A DNA stretch of 64,000 nucleotides from Octopus bimaculoides (GCF_001194135.2 NC_068981.1:100026478-100090477), one strand, 5' to 3'; shown: positions 12,553-25,492, counted from the first letter of the stretch. The notes: a model not told the origin generated them from the sequence alone. A program made the numbers and translations.

Positions 12553-13165
12553 GTATGGATGTGTGGTCAAGATGCTTGTTTTGCAACCATATGGTTTTGG
12601 GTTCAGTCCAACTGAGCCACAAGCCAACCTGTGAGTGAGTGAATTTGGTAGATGGAGACTGTGTAGAGGCCTGTCACACATATATGTGCATGTGTGTAGG
12701 TGTGTATTTGTCTTTGTCCCCCACTACCACTTGGCAACAAATATTGATCTGTTTACACCCCCATAACTTAGCAGTTTAATAAAATAGACCTATAGAATAA
12801 GTACCACATTTAAAAATAAGTATGAAGGGGGGGATCCAGGATTTTTTTTTTTTTTTTTTTGAGTGTTGCCAAAACATATATGGCATCTGAAAATATCAAC
12901 AAAAGTAGTGTGCACACTCTATCCGGCAGGTCGGGCAACACCTAGTAGGTCTGGCAACACCTATTCTCATAAGAGTTGACTCGCTTTTCCTTGACTGTTG
13001 CTCATAAAACCTTGGTCCCGATATTTCTGGTGTTGGCTTGGCTAGGGCAACACTCTTGCATCCACCACTGGTATGAGAGTCGATTTGTTTAATAAACCCT
13101 TCTTGATGGTGCACCAACATAGCCACAGACCAATGACTGAAACAAGTAAAGGATAAAGATACCTG
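12553..13165 (+). mobile_element. tRNA-derived SINE family B, interrupted by a MITE
   Basis: Head gtgtggtcaagatgcttg...gggttcagtcc. The body stops at aagtatg (12824) and resumes at gtatgagagtcgatttg...atgactgaaacaagtaaa (13071). Confidence 0.8.
12826..13070. mobile_element. MITE-like element nested in a SINE
   Basis: Degenerate TIRs agggggggatccagga / tcttgcatccaccactg, a perfect sub-terminal inverted repeat gagtgttgcc (12861) / ggcaacactc (13046), and GTATGA on both flanks. Confidence 0.75.
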
Positions 13166-13704
13166 GCATAGCCACATCCTATGTAAAACATTTCTGCATA
13201 ACACAACACCTGATATTATAACACAAATCAAACAGTATGATAATCACCAATAAAATAATTGTTTCAATCCAAGACAGGAACCTCTCTATATGGTTACTGA
13301 CTCGATAGAAATAGGAACCAAATCTCACTTGAATTACATTATGCCATCTTGTAAAGGCAGGAATGCATTGCCTAATGTAAATCCAATTTTGCGAAGCTTG
13401 AGAGAGAGATAAAATGGTCATGGCTTTAATGCATTTGATTATAGATCTGCTCGAGCAGGGTTGACCTGGTGCTGAACAGCAACAAAATAACACAACATAC
13501 ACAACTCATATTCCATGTAAAAGGCAGACAAAACATTAAATTAACAGGAGAAACAACAAAACAAGATCCTCAAGAAATCAAGGCAAATGTAACAAACAAA
13601 AACCATCTTCTTAACAGACAATGTTGCATACATAACTCAGGAACACAGAGGTACACCAAGTAGTGAAGGAGAAATTCACATAAAATTGCTGAATAGGTGT
13701 AGGC

Positions 13705-14310
13705 ATGTCTGTGTAGTTAAGAAGCTTGATGCCCAACAGTGTAGTTTTAGGCTCAGTCCTATTGCATGACACCTTGGACATTTGTCTTCTTATATTGCCC
13801 TCAGCTGATCAATGCCTTGAGTGGGTTTAGTATACACACACACACACACATAGGTAAGTCCATAAATGCAAAACAAGGTGGTAAAATTAGTACTCAACTA
13901 CCAAAGGTAGAGTAATATGCTTTTACTAAAGCTGTAAAATTATCACAAAAACTATAACTCAGTTTCATATTTGCATTTGTCAGACAGTTGTCACAACTGA
14001 CAAATGGGTGAGTGAAACTTTGAGTAACTTTATGATAATTTTGCAGCTTTAATAAAAGTATACACACACACAAATATATATATATGGATGTGTGTTTTTA
14101 CTTTTGCGTTGTTTGTCCATGACCACCACTTGACAACCAATGCCAGTTTATTTATGACCCTATAACTTAGTGGTTCAGCAAAAGAGACTGATAGAATAAA
14201 TAACAAGCTAAAAAAAGTGATAATTGGTATTGGGGTCAATTTGTTTGACTAAGCCCATCAAACCAGTGCCCCAGCATTGCTGCAGTCCAATGATTGAAAT
14301 ACATACTGGC
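13705..14310 (+). mobile_element. SINE family B fragments (head 13705-13835, 3' half 14070-14310)
   Basis: gtgtagttaagaagcttg...ggctcagtccta at the head, and cataacttagtggttcagcaaaagagactgatagaataa...ccagcattgctgcagtc at the 3' half. Confidence 0.7.
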
Positions 14311-14495
14311 ACTTCGTCGTTTACAATGATGAGGGTTCCAGAGCCTGCTTGTGAAATTAATGTGGATGTGGCTGAGCACTCCACAAGCACATGTACCCTG
14401 ACATAGTTCTCAAGGAGATTCAACATGACACAGTGTGTGATAAGGCTGGTCCTTTGAAATACAGGTAATACTCATTTTTGCCAGCTGAGTGAAAG
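14310..14495 (-). mobile_element. SINE family C fragment
   Basis: gtggctgagcactccacaagcacatgtaccc...ggctggtcctttgaaatacaggta...ttgccagctgagt, shared with 28685-29000. Confidence 0.8.
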
Positions 14496-14549
14496 CACAT
14501 AGAAGATACGATAAAACATAGATGATAAAAAATAAACACTTCTAAGTTC

Positions 14550-14770
14550 GGCATAAGTCCAGCAATTTTGAGGAGAGAGAGTTAGTCAATACTATTGACC
14601 CAGAACTTAATTTGATACTTTATCGTCAATACTGAAAGGATCAATGGCAAAGTTAACCTAGGCAGAATTTGAACTCAAAACATAATGTGATGCAACTAAA
14701 TACTGAAAGACATTTTGTCTGATGCTTAAATGATTCTGTTAATTCACTAGCCTAGTCAATCCACCACCTT
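14550..14770 (-). mobile_element. SINE family A
   Basis: ggcataagtccagcaattttg...gaaaggatcaatggcaaagtt...atttgaactca. Confidence 0.8.
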
Positions 14771-14795
14771 TACCAGGAATAATATTAATAATAAT

Positions 14796-15114
14796 NNNNN
14801 NNNNNNNNNNNNNNNNNNNNNNNNNNNNNNNNNNNNNNNNNNNNNNNNNNNNNNNNNNNNNNNNNNNNNNNNNNNNNNNNNNNNNNNNNNNNNNNNNNNN
14901 NNNNNNNNNNNNNNNNNNNNNNNNNNNNNNNNNNNNNNNNNNNNNNNNNNNNNNNNNNNNNNNNNNNNNNNNNNNNNNNNNNNNNNNNNNNNNNNNNNNN
15001 NNNNNNNNNNNNNNNNNNNNNNNNNNNNNNNNNNNNNNNNNNNNNNNNNNNNNNNNNNNNNNNNNNNNNNNNNNNNNNNNNNNNNNNNNNNNNNNNNNNN
15101 NNNNNNNNNNNNNN
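14796..15114. other. assembly gap
   Basis: N run flanked by microsatellites. Confidence 1.
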
Positions 15115-15619
15115 ATACACACACACACATATTAGAAATAGATCAACAATGAATTGATTTTTCTTTAACTTCTTCCTCTAAATTGCCAAGTTATTGATAA
15201 TTCTCTGATGGTAAAGAAAGAATATAATCTAAAATAGAAAAAGTAAAACAAAAATATAAATAGATTTAAGAAAAGTAAACTACATTAATATAACAATTTA
15301 AAATAAATGTTAATTTGATTGGAAGATATAATCCAATGTCAACCTAAACTACCATGTTATATCAACTTAGTAACATAGAGATTGTTATAGCTTAGGTTCA
15401 AAAATATTGATTTTAATGTTTCAGATTTATCAATGACAAGCAATAAACTTTTGTGATATTCATGCCTTTTCCCAGATATTTTATTAGAGTAATTATGTAG
15501 TGAAATCATGACTTCACAGGAACTGAAATATGGATATAGGCTCCGTTTTCAGAAAGCTGGCTTGCTAGTTTAAGAAATTTGTTAAATAATCAAATTTATC
15601 TTCTTTTCTAATCTTTTAC

Positions 15620-15975
15620 TTGTTCAAGTCACTGATTGGTGGTTTTAAATTCAGCCTCACTGCATAGAACCTTAGGCAAATATGTTCTACTAGAGCACTG
15701 GACTGCTCAAAGCCTTGTGAATAGATTTGGTAGACAGAGACTGAAAGAAACCCATTGTATGTGTATGTGTAAATCTATCTTTACAGTTATATCTATTTAT
15801 CTAAAGATATGCATGCGTATGTGTGTTTATGTCATCATCATAAAAGTGGTGTCATTTTGTTGCAATCTTCAGTGAAAACATATCAGGCAATGAGGAAATA
15901 TTACCTTGCTTAGAAACAGATAAAGGTTGGTGACAGAGGGGTATCCCACCATAGAATATCTATCACAATGAATTT
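15620..15975 (+). mobile_element. SINE family B variant
   Basis: aaagccttgtgaatagatttggtagacagagactgaaagaaacc...gaggaaatattaccttgcttagaaacag. Confidence 0.7.
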
Positions 15976-16038
15976 AATCAGACTCATGCAAGCATAGAAA
16001 AATGTACATCATGATAATCATTATATATATATATATAT

Positions 16039-16192
16039 NNNNNNNNNNNNNNNNNNNNNNNNNNNNNNNNNNNNNNNNNNNNNNNNNNNNNNNNNNNNNN
16101 NNNNNNNNNNNNNNNNNNNNNNNNNNNNNNNNNNNNNNNNNNNNNNNNNNNNNNNNNNNNNNNNNNNNNNNNNNNNNNNNNNNNNNNNNNNN
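16039..16192. other. assembly gap
   Basis: N run. Confidence 1.
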
Positions 16193-16842
16193 TATATAAT
16201 ATAAATAATATATAAACATATGCATATATCCATACATATATGTACATATCTACATCTATATGTATACATACATGCATATATGGGTACAGGATATCACAAA
16301 AAAACGTTAAACACAATGAGAAACAAAAACATAAAGACGAAAATGGAAAACGAACTTTTTTTGAACAAAGAAAATAAACATAAAGAGTATAATCCTTCGT
16401 CAGTTGTCCCTGTTCCACCTACTGTGCATTTTGAAGGCAAGGACAATATGCGACTTTGTTGGAACAGTCCTTCCCGAAAGCAAATTAAATAAAATTTGGA
16501 ATTTTTTGTGTAGGACAGTGAAAACAAGACAGTAAAAAACAGTAAGAACAGGACAGTGAGAACAAGACAGGCTTAACAGCCCTCACTGTTTGTTTTACTG
16601 TCTTGTTCTCACTGTCCTGCTCTCTGTTTTTCGTCGTTCAAAAAAAGTTCGTTTTCTGTTATTGTCTTTATGTTTTCATTTCTCATTGTGTTTAACGATT
16701 TTTTGTGATGTCCTGTACCCATATATGCATGTATGTATACATATAGATGTAGATATGTACATATATGTATGGATATATGCATATGTTTATATATTATTTA
16801 TATTATTATATGATCAAACACCATGCATCCTTTCCCAAGTAA

Positions 16843-16847
<5 letters not shown>
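16193..16847. mobile_element. unclassified repeat family in head-to-head inverted configuration, carrying an HHR-like module
   Basis: 16193-16368 is the near-identical reverse complement of about 16630-16805. The same family occurs as direct repeats at 31185-32095. Confidence 0.85.
16392..16453 (-). ncRNA. rearranged hammerhead-like motif, probably inactive copy
   Basis: Minus strand GCATA-TTGTCCTTG-CCTTC-AAAATGC...CAGGGACAA-CTGACGA-AGG. The expected GAAA reads AAAA. Confidence 0.55.
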
Positions 16848-16899
<52 letters not shown>

Positions 16900-18433
16900 G
16901 GTGCACTAATGTTTTTCTTTTAGCAGGAAATTAGTTGTGTGTGCATCACTAAATGTAGATACCCATTAGTGACTTACAGTACAAATGTGGACTTCAAATG
17001 TCAATTAAGAAGTTGTCATTACATATTAACCATGGTCAAGTCTGTTGTGTATGATTTCATAGGTAACCTATGACTAATCTGCATAGATATTTGCTACATC
17101 ATCAACAGTCAATCATAAGTTCAACAGGATTATGGCAACAACACAGGATGTTGACAAGCATTTGGCTCCTTCCCAATGTGTGACTCTTGTGCAACATTTT
17201 TGAAGTTTTAAGTCCATTTGAAGATAATCAGTAGCAGCAAAATTCTGTTAGCAGTACTAAGCTGATAGACTTTGACTCCTGACAAACTTTCAACCCACAG
17301 AAATCACTAAACACTGCCCTTTTTGAAGTAAACAGAAAGTGGCTAACATAATAATAATAATTTATATGATGTTTCAAGTTTAAACCTGCACCTCATTTTC
17401 TGATTGATAATGGAAAACAAATTTTAAGTGCCTTATAGAAAAGTGTATGTATGTGTGTACACAAATATACATACAAGCACAACAACATTATCAGCATTTT
17501 AACATGTTAGGATAAGAAAATTAGTCTTATTTTCTGCATTTGTAGATTTTTTTTTTACATTCAACACTCATATCTTACTACCATGCACTTATATTTCATG
17601 CAGAGAGAATAATTTTTTTTTTTTTTACAGCAGAGGCAAAAACTTTTGAAGTACTACTGATTTATACTCTCACTGTGCTTTTACTGCATTCACATCAAGT
17701 TTTAATTAAGCTATCTAAGTAACAGAGATAATATGAAGTACACAAGTGACACGTCTAAGTAGTTAAGAGACTTTTTACATGGATGGTATTTCAATCACTA
17801 ATTATTCTTGTGCATTTATCACAATTGAAATTACAATTCTCTGGTAGCTTGGCACAAGGATTTTGTGCAATTTGTTATGAGAATTTTGGTTTTAGCCATG
17901 TTAACCTTTAAGCCTTTGCTTCCAAGATTAGGGAAATTTCTCATGATATATTAACAGATTTGAGGACCAGATCATCAAGCATAGAAGAGAACCCCCAGTT
18001 CTCAGTGTAAAGTGTTACAATAAATAGATCCCTGGTAAACACCTCATTATTCACAACGTTCCACATAGTAACTGCACAAATCCAAACTATAATTGTAAGG
18101 CTTTCACAAACCATTCTGCTAAACTTTCTATGCACACACTAAAACATTTAGGACTCTGTCAAACGTCTTCAACAAATCAAACAAAATAGTATAGATTTGT
18201 TCTTCATGAAGAACATCTCTTGTAGTTGTCCCACTAGAAATATAGCTTATGTTGTTCTAGAAACCTGACAGGAACCAAAACAGTATTTCATTCAAGCTAG
18301 ATAATACTGAGCTCACTTTGCTAAAATGTGCCCAATTAATTTTGTTTTATTAATTCAAGCAATAGGATTTTGTCTGTCAGGCAGAAATCAACTCCTTAAA
18401 AAGAATTCAAATAACTAAGAGAACCTTACCCAT

Positions 18434-18480
<47 letters not shown>

Positions 18481-18965
18481 CATACATATAAGTCAGTAAA
18501 TGGTGGAGTTGTGTTAGTCGCACATGGAGAAATAATAGGAAATACAAAATAATAATAGTAAGGCAGAATGCTAAAAAGAAAGCATATTTTAATATAGATG
18601 TGCATAAGGAGGATTAAAAAGGATTTCTAACTGGCTTTCATTGCATGGCAAATTTTCAAGAAGTGGGGATGTGAAAATAATGTTTTTTACAAAAATATAA
18701 AAAAATATATAAAAAAATAAATATACCGATACATTACACTGTCTTTGAGTTTTTAAAGTTCAATGGTAATCCATGTAGATAATTGTTAGATAGATTAGGA
18801 TGCATAGAATTAAGAATCATGTCTTTAATAAAGGCTGAGAGTTTATGTCTTAAACAGGAAATGTGGTGTCAAAACAGGAAGTGTGTGTAAGGGAAGACAA
18901 TTCTGTTGGCTTCATACTCTTTAGTTGAAGTTCTGGACTCTTTGTACACACACACACACACACAC

Positions 18966-19065
18966 NNNNNNNNNNNNNNNNNNNNNNNNNNNNNNNNNNN
19001 NNNNNNNNNNNNNNNNNNNNNNNNNNNNNNNNNNNNNNNNNNNNNNNNNNNNNNNNNNNNNNNNN
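18966..19065. other. assembly gap
   Basis: N run, followed by the RTE 3' tail ggaaagcggacgttaaacgatgatgatg (19066-19102). Confidence 1.
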
Positions 19066-19289
19066 GGAAAGCGGACGTTAAACGATGATGATGATGATGA
19101 TATATATATATAAAGCAATATATGTATATGTATACAAATATACATATACATATAAGTATATATATATATATATATATAAATACACATGTTTATATAAAAA
19201 TATTCTGGATTCTTGTTAGTATCATCATGGGTTTCAACTCTGCTACAGCCATTTTGTGGTTACTCCTTTGACAAAACTGCATCTCCTTG

Positions 19290-19610
19290 CTGTTAGTTGA
19301 GGTAGTAGCTTTCAGAACTTTTGCACCCTATCCCAATTCTAGCCACTACACTTTCAGTACACTGTAACCCACTGCTGATCAGGTCACCTAGGGAGCAACA
19401 GCCTTCAGCTCCTTCTATAGGAGATTACTTTATTGGAGCTATGAGGGCTCATCACACCTATCACACACAGTCTCTATTCACTGCCAACCTGCCTTTGATT
19501 CTGCTACATCACGAATGGATCCATAAATCACATATGATGCACTGTATAGAATTTCTACCCATTCATTTTCTATATATTGAAAATGGCCATTTCCTTGATG
19601 ATATCGGAGT
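19290..19610 (-). mobile_element. RTE LINE reverse-transcriptase fragment
   Basis: Minus strand CSLGDLISSGLQCTESVVARIG, matching the RTE FxYLGxxI....ARI motif. Confidence 0.65.
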
Positions 19611-19787
19611 CCAGTTTTTTTTTTCTACTAACTGAAGCCAATTGATTTTAAATATATCATCATCATCATCACTTAACATCCGGTTTTCATGCTGGCATGG
19701 GTTACATTCAAATAAACACAAATACACATATGATTAGCTGTAGTGTGCAAGATTGCATAAACATGCATATATATCTACATATCTACA

Positions 19788-19789
<2 letters not shown>

Positions 19790-19854
<65 letters not shown>

Positions 19855-20018
19855 GCAGGCAGAAAGACAGAAGATATATATGCATAGATATTAATACACA
19901 TATGATAATAGACACTGGGCTGTGCAGTAGTAAGTTGGCATAGAAGCCTGGAAATGCTGAGGTTTTTCATGAAAGAACGAAGAATTTATATCCACCAAAT
20001 CCATTTATATTACAGATA

Positions 20019-20052
<34 letters not shown>

Positions 20053-20230
20053 CACACACACACACATACATATAAACATATACACATACTTGCACGTATG
20101 TGTATATATATATATATATATACACACTCACACACGAACACCAAAACATACTTGCATACACACACACACATAAACATGTACGTACATACATACATACATA
20201 CATACACGCACATACACATACAAATTCACG
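19790..20230. repeat. compound (TA)n/(GA)n/(CA)n microsatellite region
   Basis: Directly visible dinucleotide tracts with short spacers. Confidence 0.9.
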
Positions 20231-20689
20231 AGTGCGTATTTATATAAATACATGACAGTGTTGCAATTTTTCTTGTTTAATACTTATTTTGTAATGAGCT
20301 ATATTTTTTTTTTATAGTCATTTGTTTGCTATATTTTTTAAGTCCACCCAACATCACGTTTTTCGATTCTCATGACTATATCATCTAGATGATATATTTA
20401 CTGCAATGACAGAATTGATCTTGGTGTTGTTTGAAAATTAATGGAAGAGAAGCACAAGATTTATTCATGCTCGCACACACATATCTATATGTATAATAAA
20501 TGATATTGCATTATGTTATATTACATTACCTTCTATATAATGACAGTCAGAACTAGTAAGCTGATGGTCTGTGTTAAGAATATTAATTGGACTGGTATAT
20601 GCTTCAATTTTGTTTTTTAAGCCTCAGTCAACCTTACTTGAGCAAATCTAAGGCAAAAACCATTCCAGCCATCACTATCCTCTATTGAC

Positions 20690-21070
20690 TGTGTGGTTAA
20701 GAAGTTTGCTTCTCAATAACATGGTTTCAGGTTCAGTCCCACTGCATGGCACCTTGAGCAAGTGCCTTCTACTATAACCCCAGGCCAACCAAAGCCTTGT
20801 AAGCAGATTTGGTAGATGGAAACTGAAAAAGGTCCATTATATATATGTGTATGTGTTTCTTTCTTTGTATTTGTGTCTGTCCCCCATAGCTTGACAACTG
20901 ATGTTGGTGTGTTTACATACATATAACTTAGCAGTTCAGCAAATAAAATTGACAGAATAAGTACCAGACTTATTAAAAATAAGTAATGGGGCCAATTTGC
21001 TCGACTAAAACTTTTTAAGGTGGTACCCCAACATGGCTACAGTCTAATAACTGAAACAAGTAAAAGATAA
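20690..21070 (+). mobile_element. SINE family B, near full length
   Basis: gtgtggttaagaagtttgc...caggttcagtcccactgcatggcaccttgagcaagtg...ataactgaaacaagtaaaagataa. Confidence 0.9.
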
Positions 21071-22159
21071 AAAAGATCTACAAGTAATGTATCCTTACTC
21101 TTTTAAGATGGTAGAGTGTAATTTGAGGGAGACTTGGTAGTAATTTCTAGCTGGTTTACTCACTGACTCATGTGATGTAGAACAGACTAACATTCCAAGT
21201 ACTACCTTTTAACATTAATGAAAGGCATTGTCAAAGTATTAGTCTCTGACTCCTCTTACAGGACAGCACCCAATGCTGCTTCAGCTTCTATAGTCTACAC
21301 ATGCCAATGAGGAAACCTCTACATGATCACTCAACATTTTAGAAATAGTAGTCTAGTGTTCCTCAATTCAGATCCCACCATCATAGAAAGGAAAGGACGC
21401 AATAATAAACAACAGTGATATACAAACCAAGAAAGTACTCTTCCTGTTGCAAATTATTAGGGTAATATCTAATTTTGTGGTGTTCAAAGTGAGATGAAGT
21501 TTTGTCAAAGGAGTTACCACAAAATGGCAGTAGCAAAGTTGAAACCTATGATCATGCTATCAAGAATCCAGAATTTTAATAGCATCTTTTTTAAAAAATA
21601 ATTTTAAAAAATGTCTCATTAAATTTACAAACTCTAAAACTGAAAAATATCAGGCATAAGAGTAAATTGATAAAATATCAAAACTATGCTGAATGTGGAA
21701 TTAATCGAAAGCAGTGAAATAAAGCTGTAAAAAGGGATGCAATAAGCCTTCACTACAGCTACAACAAAATAGATGCACAAACATACAGATACAGACAAAC
21801 TCACTTGCACATTAATACAGAAGCAGGCACACATACTGCAATCACAAAATATCCACAATGAGACAAAGTCTGCTTAGATATTGAAGGAACACATTTCATG
21901 TCAACACTCAGTTCTAACTCATATACTCAACTACATGTTCATTCCACAAAGATCACAATAATTGTGTCTCATTAGTAACCGTTTAGTGAATTACTATAAC
22001 ATCATATATCTACTATGCCCCTTATCCAAATAAACAGATCATACATATTATATGTACACAATAAAATAACTAAGCCATAAATTGTCTCATCAAGCCCATT
22101 CTATGCTGAGTTGCCAATCATCACTAATAAATCTGAAAGAATTGAAAATTATTTGAGCA

Positions 22160-22363
22160 TTAACCCTTTAGCATTTAAACCAGCCATATCAAGCCAAAAT
22201 ATTCTACGTTTTATGTTCAAACTGGCCTCTTATACCTATTCCACAGTGTCATTCTAAAAACAAGCAATTACATCATCAAAATCTTGAAGCTATGAGATAG
22301 TGCATGACTAATTCAAAACAGTATGAATAAATAAGCATTGTAATCTGAATACTAAAGGGCTAA
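22160..22363 (+). mobile_element. TTAA-flanked MITE, copy 2
   Basis: ttaaCCCTTTAGCATTtaaac...ctgaatactaaaGGGctaa. Confidence 0.8.
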
Positions 22364-22544
22364 ATATGTCCACTTCTCTCTACTGCAAAATGCCTCCTAC
22401 TACTAATTTCAATCATAAAGGAACAGACTAGATAGAAAAATGTCCTGTATGATAAACTACATTTTACACTTTATATAATGGAGTGTACATTGCAATCACA
22501 GATCAGTCTGAAGCATAATATGCTTTTAGTATGGAACATATTTT

Positions 22545-22665
22545 CCAAGGTTGACTTTGCCTTTCATCCTTTTGGGATCAATAAAATAAGTACCAGTTGA
22601 ACACTGGGGTTGAGCTAATTAACTCAGCCCCTTCTCTGAAATTTCTGGCCTTGTACCAAAATTTG
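22545..22665 (+). mobile_element. SINE family A fragment
   Basis: gttgactttgcctttcatccttttgggatcaataaaataagtaccagttgaacactgggg. Confidence 0.8.
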
Positions 22666-22732
22666 AAACCAGTATTGGACACAAGAGTTGTATACATAAA
22701 ATTTGGTTGGTTATCCCATTTTAAAAGTCTGT

Positions 22733-22962
22733 TTAAGCCTTTAAGCATTCAAATTACTCTATCAAATGTAATACTTATTTATTCACATTGTTTTGAATTA
22801 ATCATGCATTATCTCATAGCTTTGTGATTTCAACAATATGACTATTTATTTTTAAAATGACATTGTATGGGAGGTGTGAGAGGCTGGATATGGCTGGTTT
22901 ATAAATCAAGCAGGTAGAGTATTTGGGGCTAGTTATGGCAGGTTTAAATGTTAAAAGGGTCA
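22733..22962 (-). mobile_element. TTAA-flanked MITE, copy 3 (inverted relative to copy 2)
   Basis: ttaagcctttaagcattc...ggtttaaatgttaaaagggt. The body is the reverse complement of 22160-22363. Confidence 0.75.
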
Positions 22963-23616
22963 CCTAATAACAGGAATAAAAAAAACTGCGACATCAAGAT
23001 TTGAATCTTTGAAGATTTAACCAGCAGCCAAACAATTATGCTTCAATTGCAAAGAAACAAACAACCTAGATACAAATTTATTGAGAATGTGATAGTTATA
23101 TCACAGCACTAATTACAGTTTAACTTCTATTGAGTTATGCAACAAATCTATTACTCAGAAGCAGCACTAATTAGTTTAAGTAAAACATTAATGAAACTGC
23201 AAAATTTCCTGTAACAAATTACTGATTTTGTTTCTTAACTGTAACTACCATTTTAATTTATGGCCATTACAAGCAGTGCAGAAGGAAAATATTTGCAGTC
23301 TTATTATGATTGTGTAATATAAAAATTTAACTTATAAGCATGGAATATGAAAAAAGAAAAAACAAATAGAGGAGAACAAAGAAAGAGAAAAGACAAGAAG
23401 AAAAAGGAGGAGGCAGAGGTGGTGGTAAGAGTAGTGGTAGTTGTGTTGTTGCTGCTGTTGTTGTTGGTGGTAGTGATAATGATGATTTATACAATTTATT
23501 CTCTTCAAAGAAAATATTCTTAGATGTCTTTTTCCATTTTAGAACTGTTAACAATGATTTGCTGATAAAATTGGACATACTGAAAGAGTTTAATGAGTTC
23601 CCCACAACAGCAATAA

Positions 23617-23651
23617 TGATAATGATGATGATAATAATAATAATAATAATA

Positions 23652-23706
<55 letters not shown>
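23617..23706. repeat. (AAT)n microsatellite
   Basis: Directly visible. Confidence 0.95.
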
Positions 23707-24230
23707 TTTCTTAATTAAGCATTAAACATTTTTAAATGAGACAGGGAAAGGAAATGAGAATCTATGATGGAAATGGAAGTGAAGCAATTCTAAAGAGAAA
23801 TTCAAATTAGGCAAAGTATTTTCACTGAGAAATTATGTCAGCACCGTCTACACCACAAAGCAGTAATTGTTTAGGGGCTAAGCTAAGGACAACATTCTCT
23901 AATAAAGTAATTCTAAGTTAATGAATCCCAAAAGAGTTGACATATATGCTTAGTTAGTTTTATTTTTTTTTAATTCATTAGTTTAAAGAGAGGGTTTAGA
24001 CCAACTGTGGAAAAGAGATAACTGGAGAGATTAGTGTAGTTAATTTTCTGAAAACAAGTTTCAATAAAATGGCTTTGGGCAAGAAAGATTGAGCAAATGT
24101 TTAGTACATAGTCTGGGTTGTATATAATACATGAATAGTGGAGGAAAGATTAGTGCTTCAAATTGTGTGAGATCAGTTCTGACCAGTAAGGTGTATGATC
24201 AAAGCAGTTTAGCTTTGACTATTATACATA

Positions 24231-24276
<46 letters not shown>

Positions 24277-24279
<3 letters not shown>

Positions 24280-24630
24280 TCATCATCATTTAATCGTATA
24301 GGTAAGATGGTTTGACAGGAGCTGGTAAGCTGGAGAGTTACATCAGGCTCCAGTCTGTTTTGGCCTGGTTTCTATGGCTGGATGCTCTTCCTAATGCTAA
24401 CCACTCTACAGAATGTACTGGGTGCCTTTTGCATAACAGTGGCATGGGTGCCTTTTATGTGTAACTGGCACTGACCATGACCGCAATTTCACTTGACATG
24501 ACGTATCTTCTCAAGTACAGTTTTGGTCACTTATCACCTCTGTATGACTCAATACCTAAAGACCATATTTCAACCACCGTGTTCCACATCTTCTTGGATC
24601 TACCTCTTCACAAGTTCTCTTTCCCTTCCT
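24277..24630 (-). mobile_element. RTE LINE 3' end
   Basis: (CAT)n tail, ggctggatgctcttcctaatgctaaccactc 3' UTR motif, and a degenerate ORF end matching 37160-37423. Confidence 0.75.
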
Positions 24631-25230
24631 TTTTTAAAACAGTAGGGGTTGTTGTTTCAACTGAATTTAGGCAGAGGTGCTATACAGTTAACAATTTTGT
24701 AACAGTAAAGACTTATAAAAACAACAGAAGAGATTCTCTAGCATCAAACCAAAAGTTGAAAACTGTTGGTGAGTGAAAGCTAGTGTATCACTTGATTCTG
24801 AAGTAGTCTAAAATGCCTGAATGGTATTTTTTGATGCAATTCAGAATATGGTTTTTATAGGAATGCACTAACTCAGATGTACCAGACATTAGAAATTAAG
24901 TAAAAAAATGTATAACTAGAAGATAATGTCATAAGTATCAATCATGAGTTGACTGGGTTGTGAGGAATTAAAGACCACTCCAAAACCTTAGTTTTGATAT
25001 ACAAATTCAGAAATTTTGAGTGACAAGTTTTAATTTCACTTCAAAGGAAGTCAATCCAAATCTATTGTACTTGTTTTTGAGCAATTAGCAATTAGAGAAT
25101 GAAAACTATTTGATGAATTGGAGAAATGCTTTTTATATGGTCTCAATTGGATAATCTTGTCATTTATATAGAAACCAGAGAGCAGGTATGGAAAGAAATG
25201 ACCATACATACATACATATATATATATATA

Positions 25231-25292
<62 letters not shown>

Positions 25293-25492
25293 GCTTGGTA
25301 TCCATAAGATCCAACAGACAGGTAGGGCTATGTAAATGCTACGGAAGGACCGCTGTTAGACTCCCGGTTTGATAATAGTATGAGTGAGGAGTCTAACGCA
25401 GGTCATGTGTGAGTGTGTATAGGTTAAATAAATTGAGACAACAAAGCTAAGGCAGTGTGAAATTTCTAGGACATTTTAAAAAGAGAAGGGTA

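Noticed and set aside
19205-21560. About 70-bp inverted match between 19205-19290 and 21490-21560
   Set aside because: Most simply two fragments of a common dispersed repeat. Short and far apart.
23327-23605. Protein-like ORF next to an (AAT)n tract
   Set aside because: Both strands are open because of low-complexity sequence. No splice signals or homology recognised.
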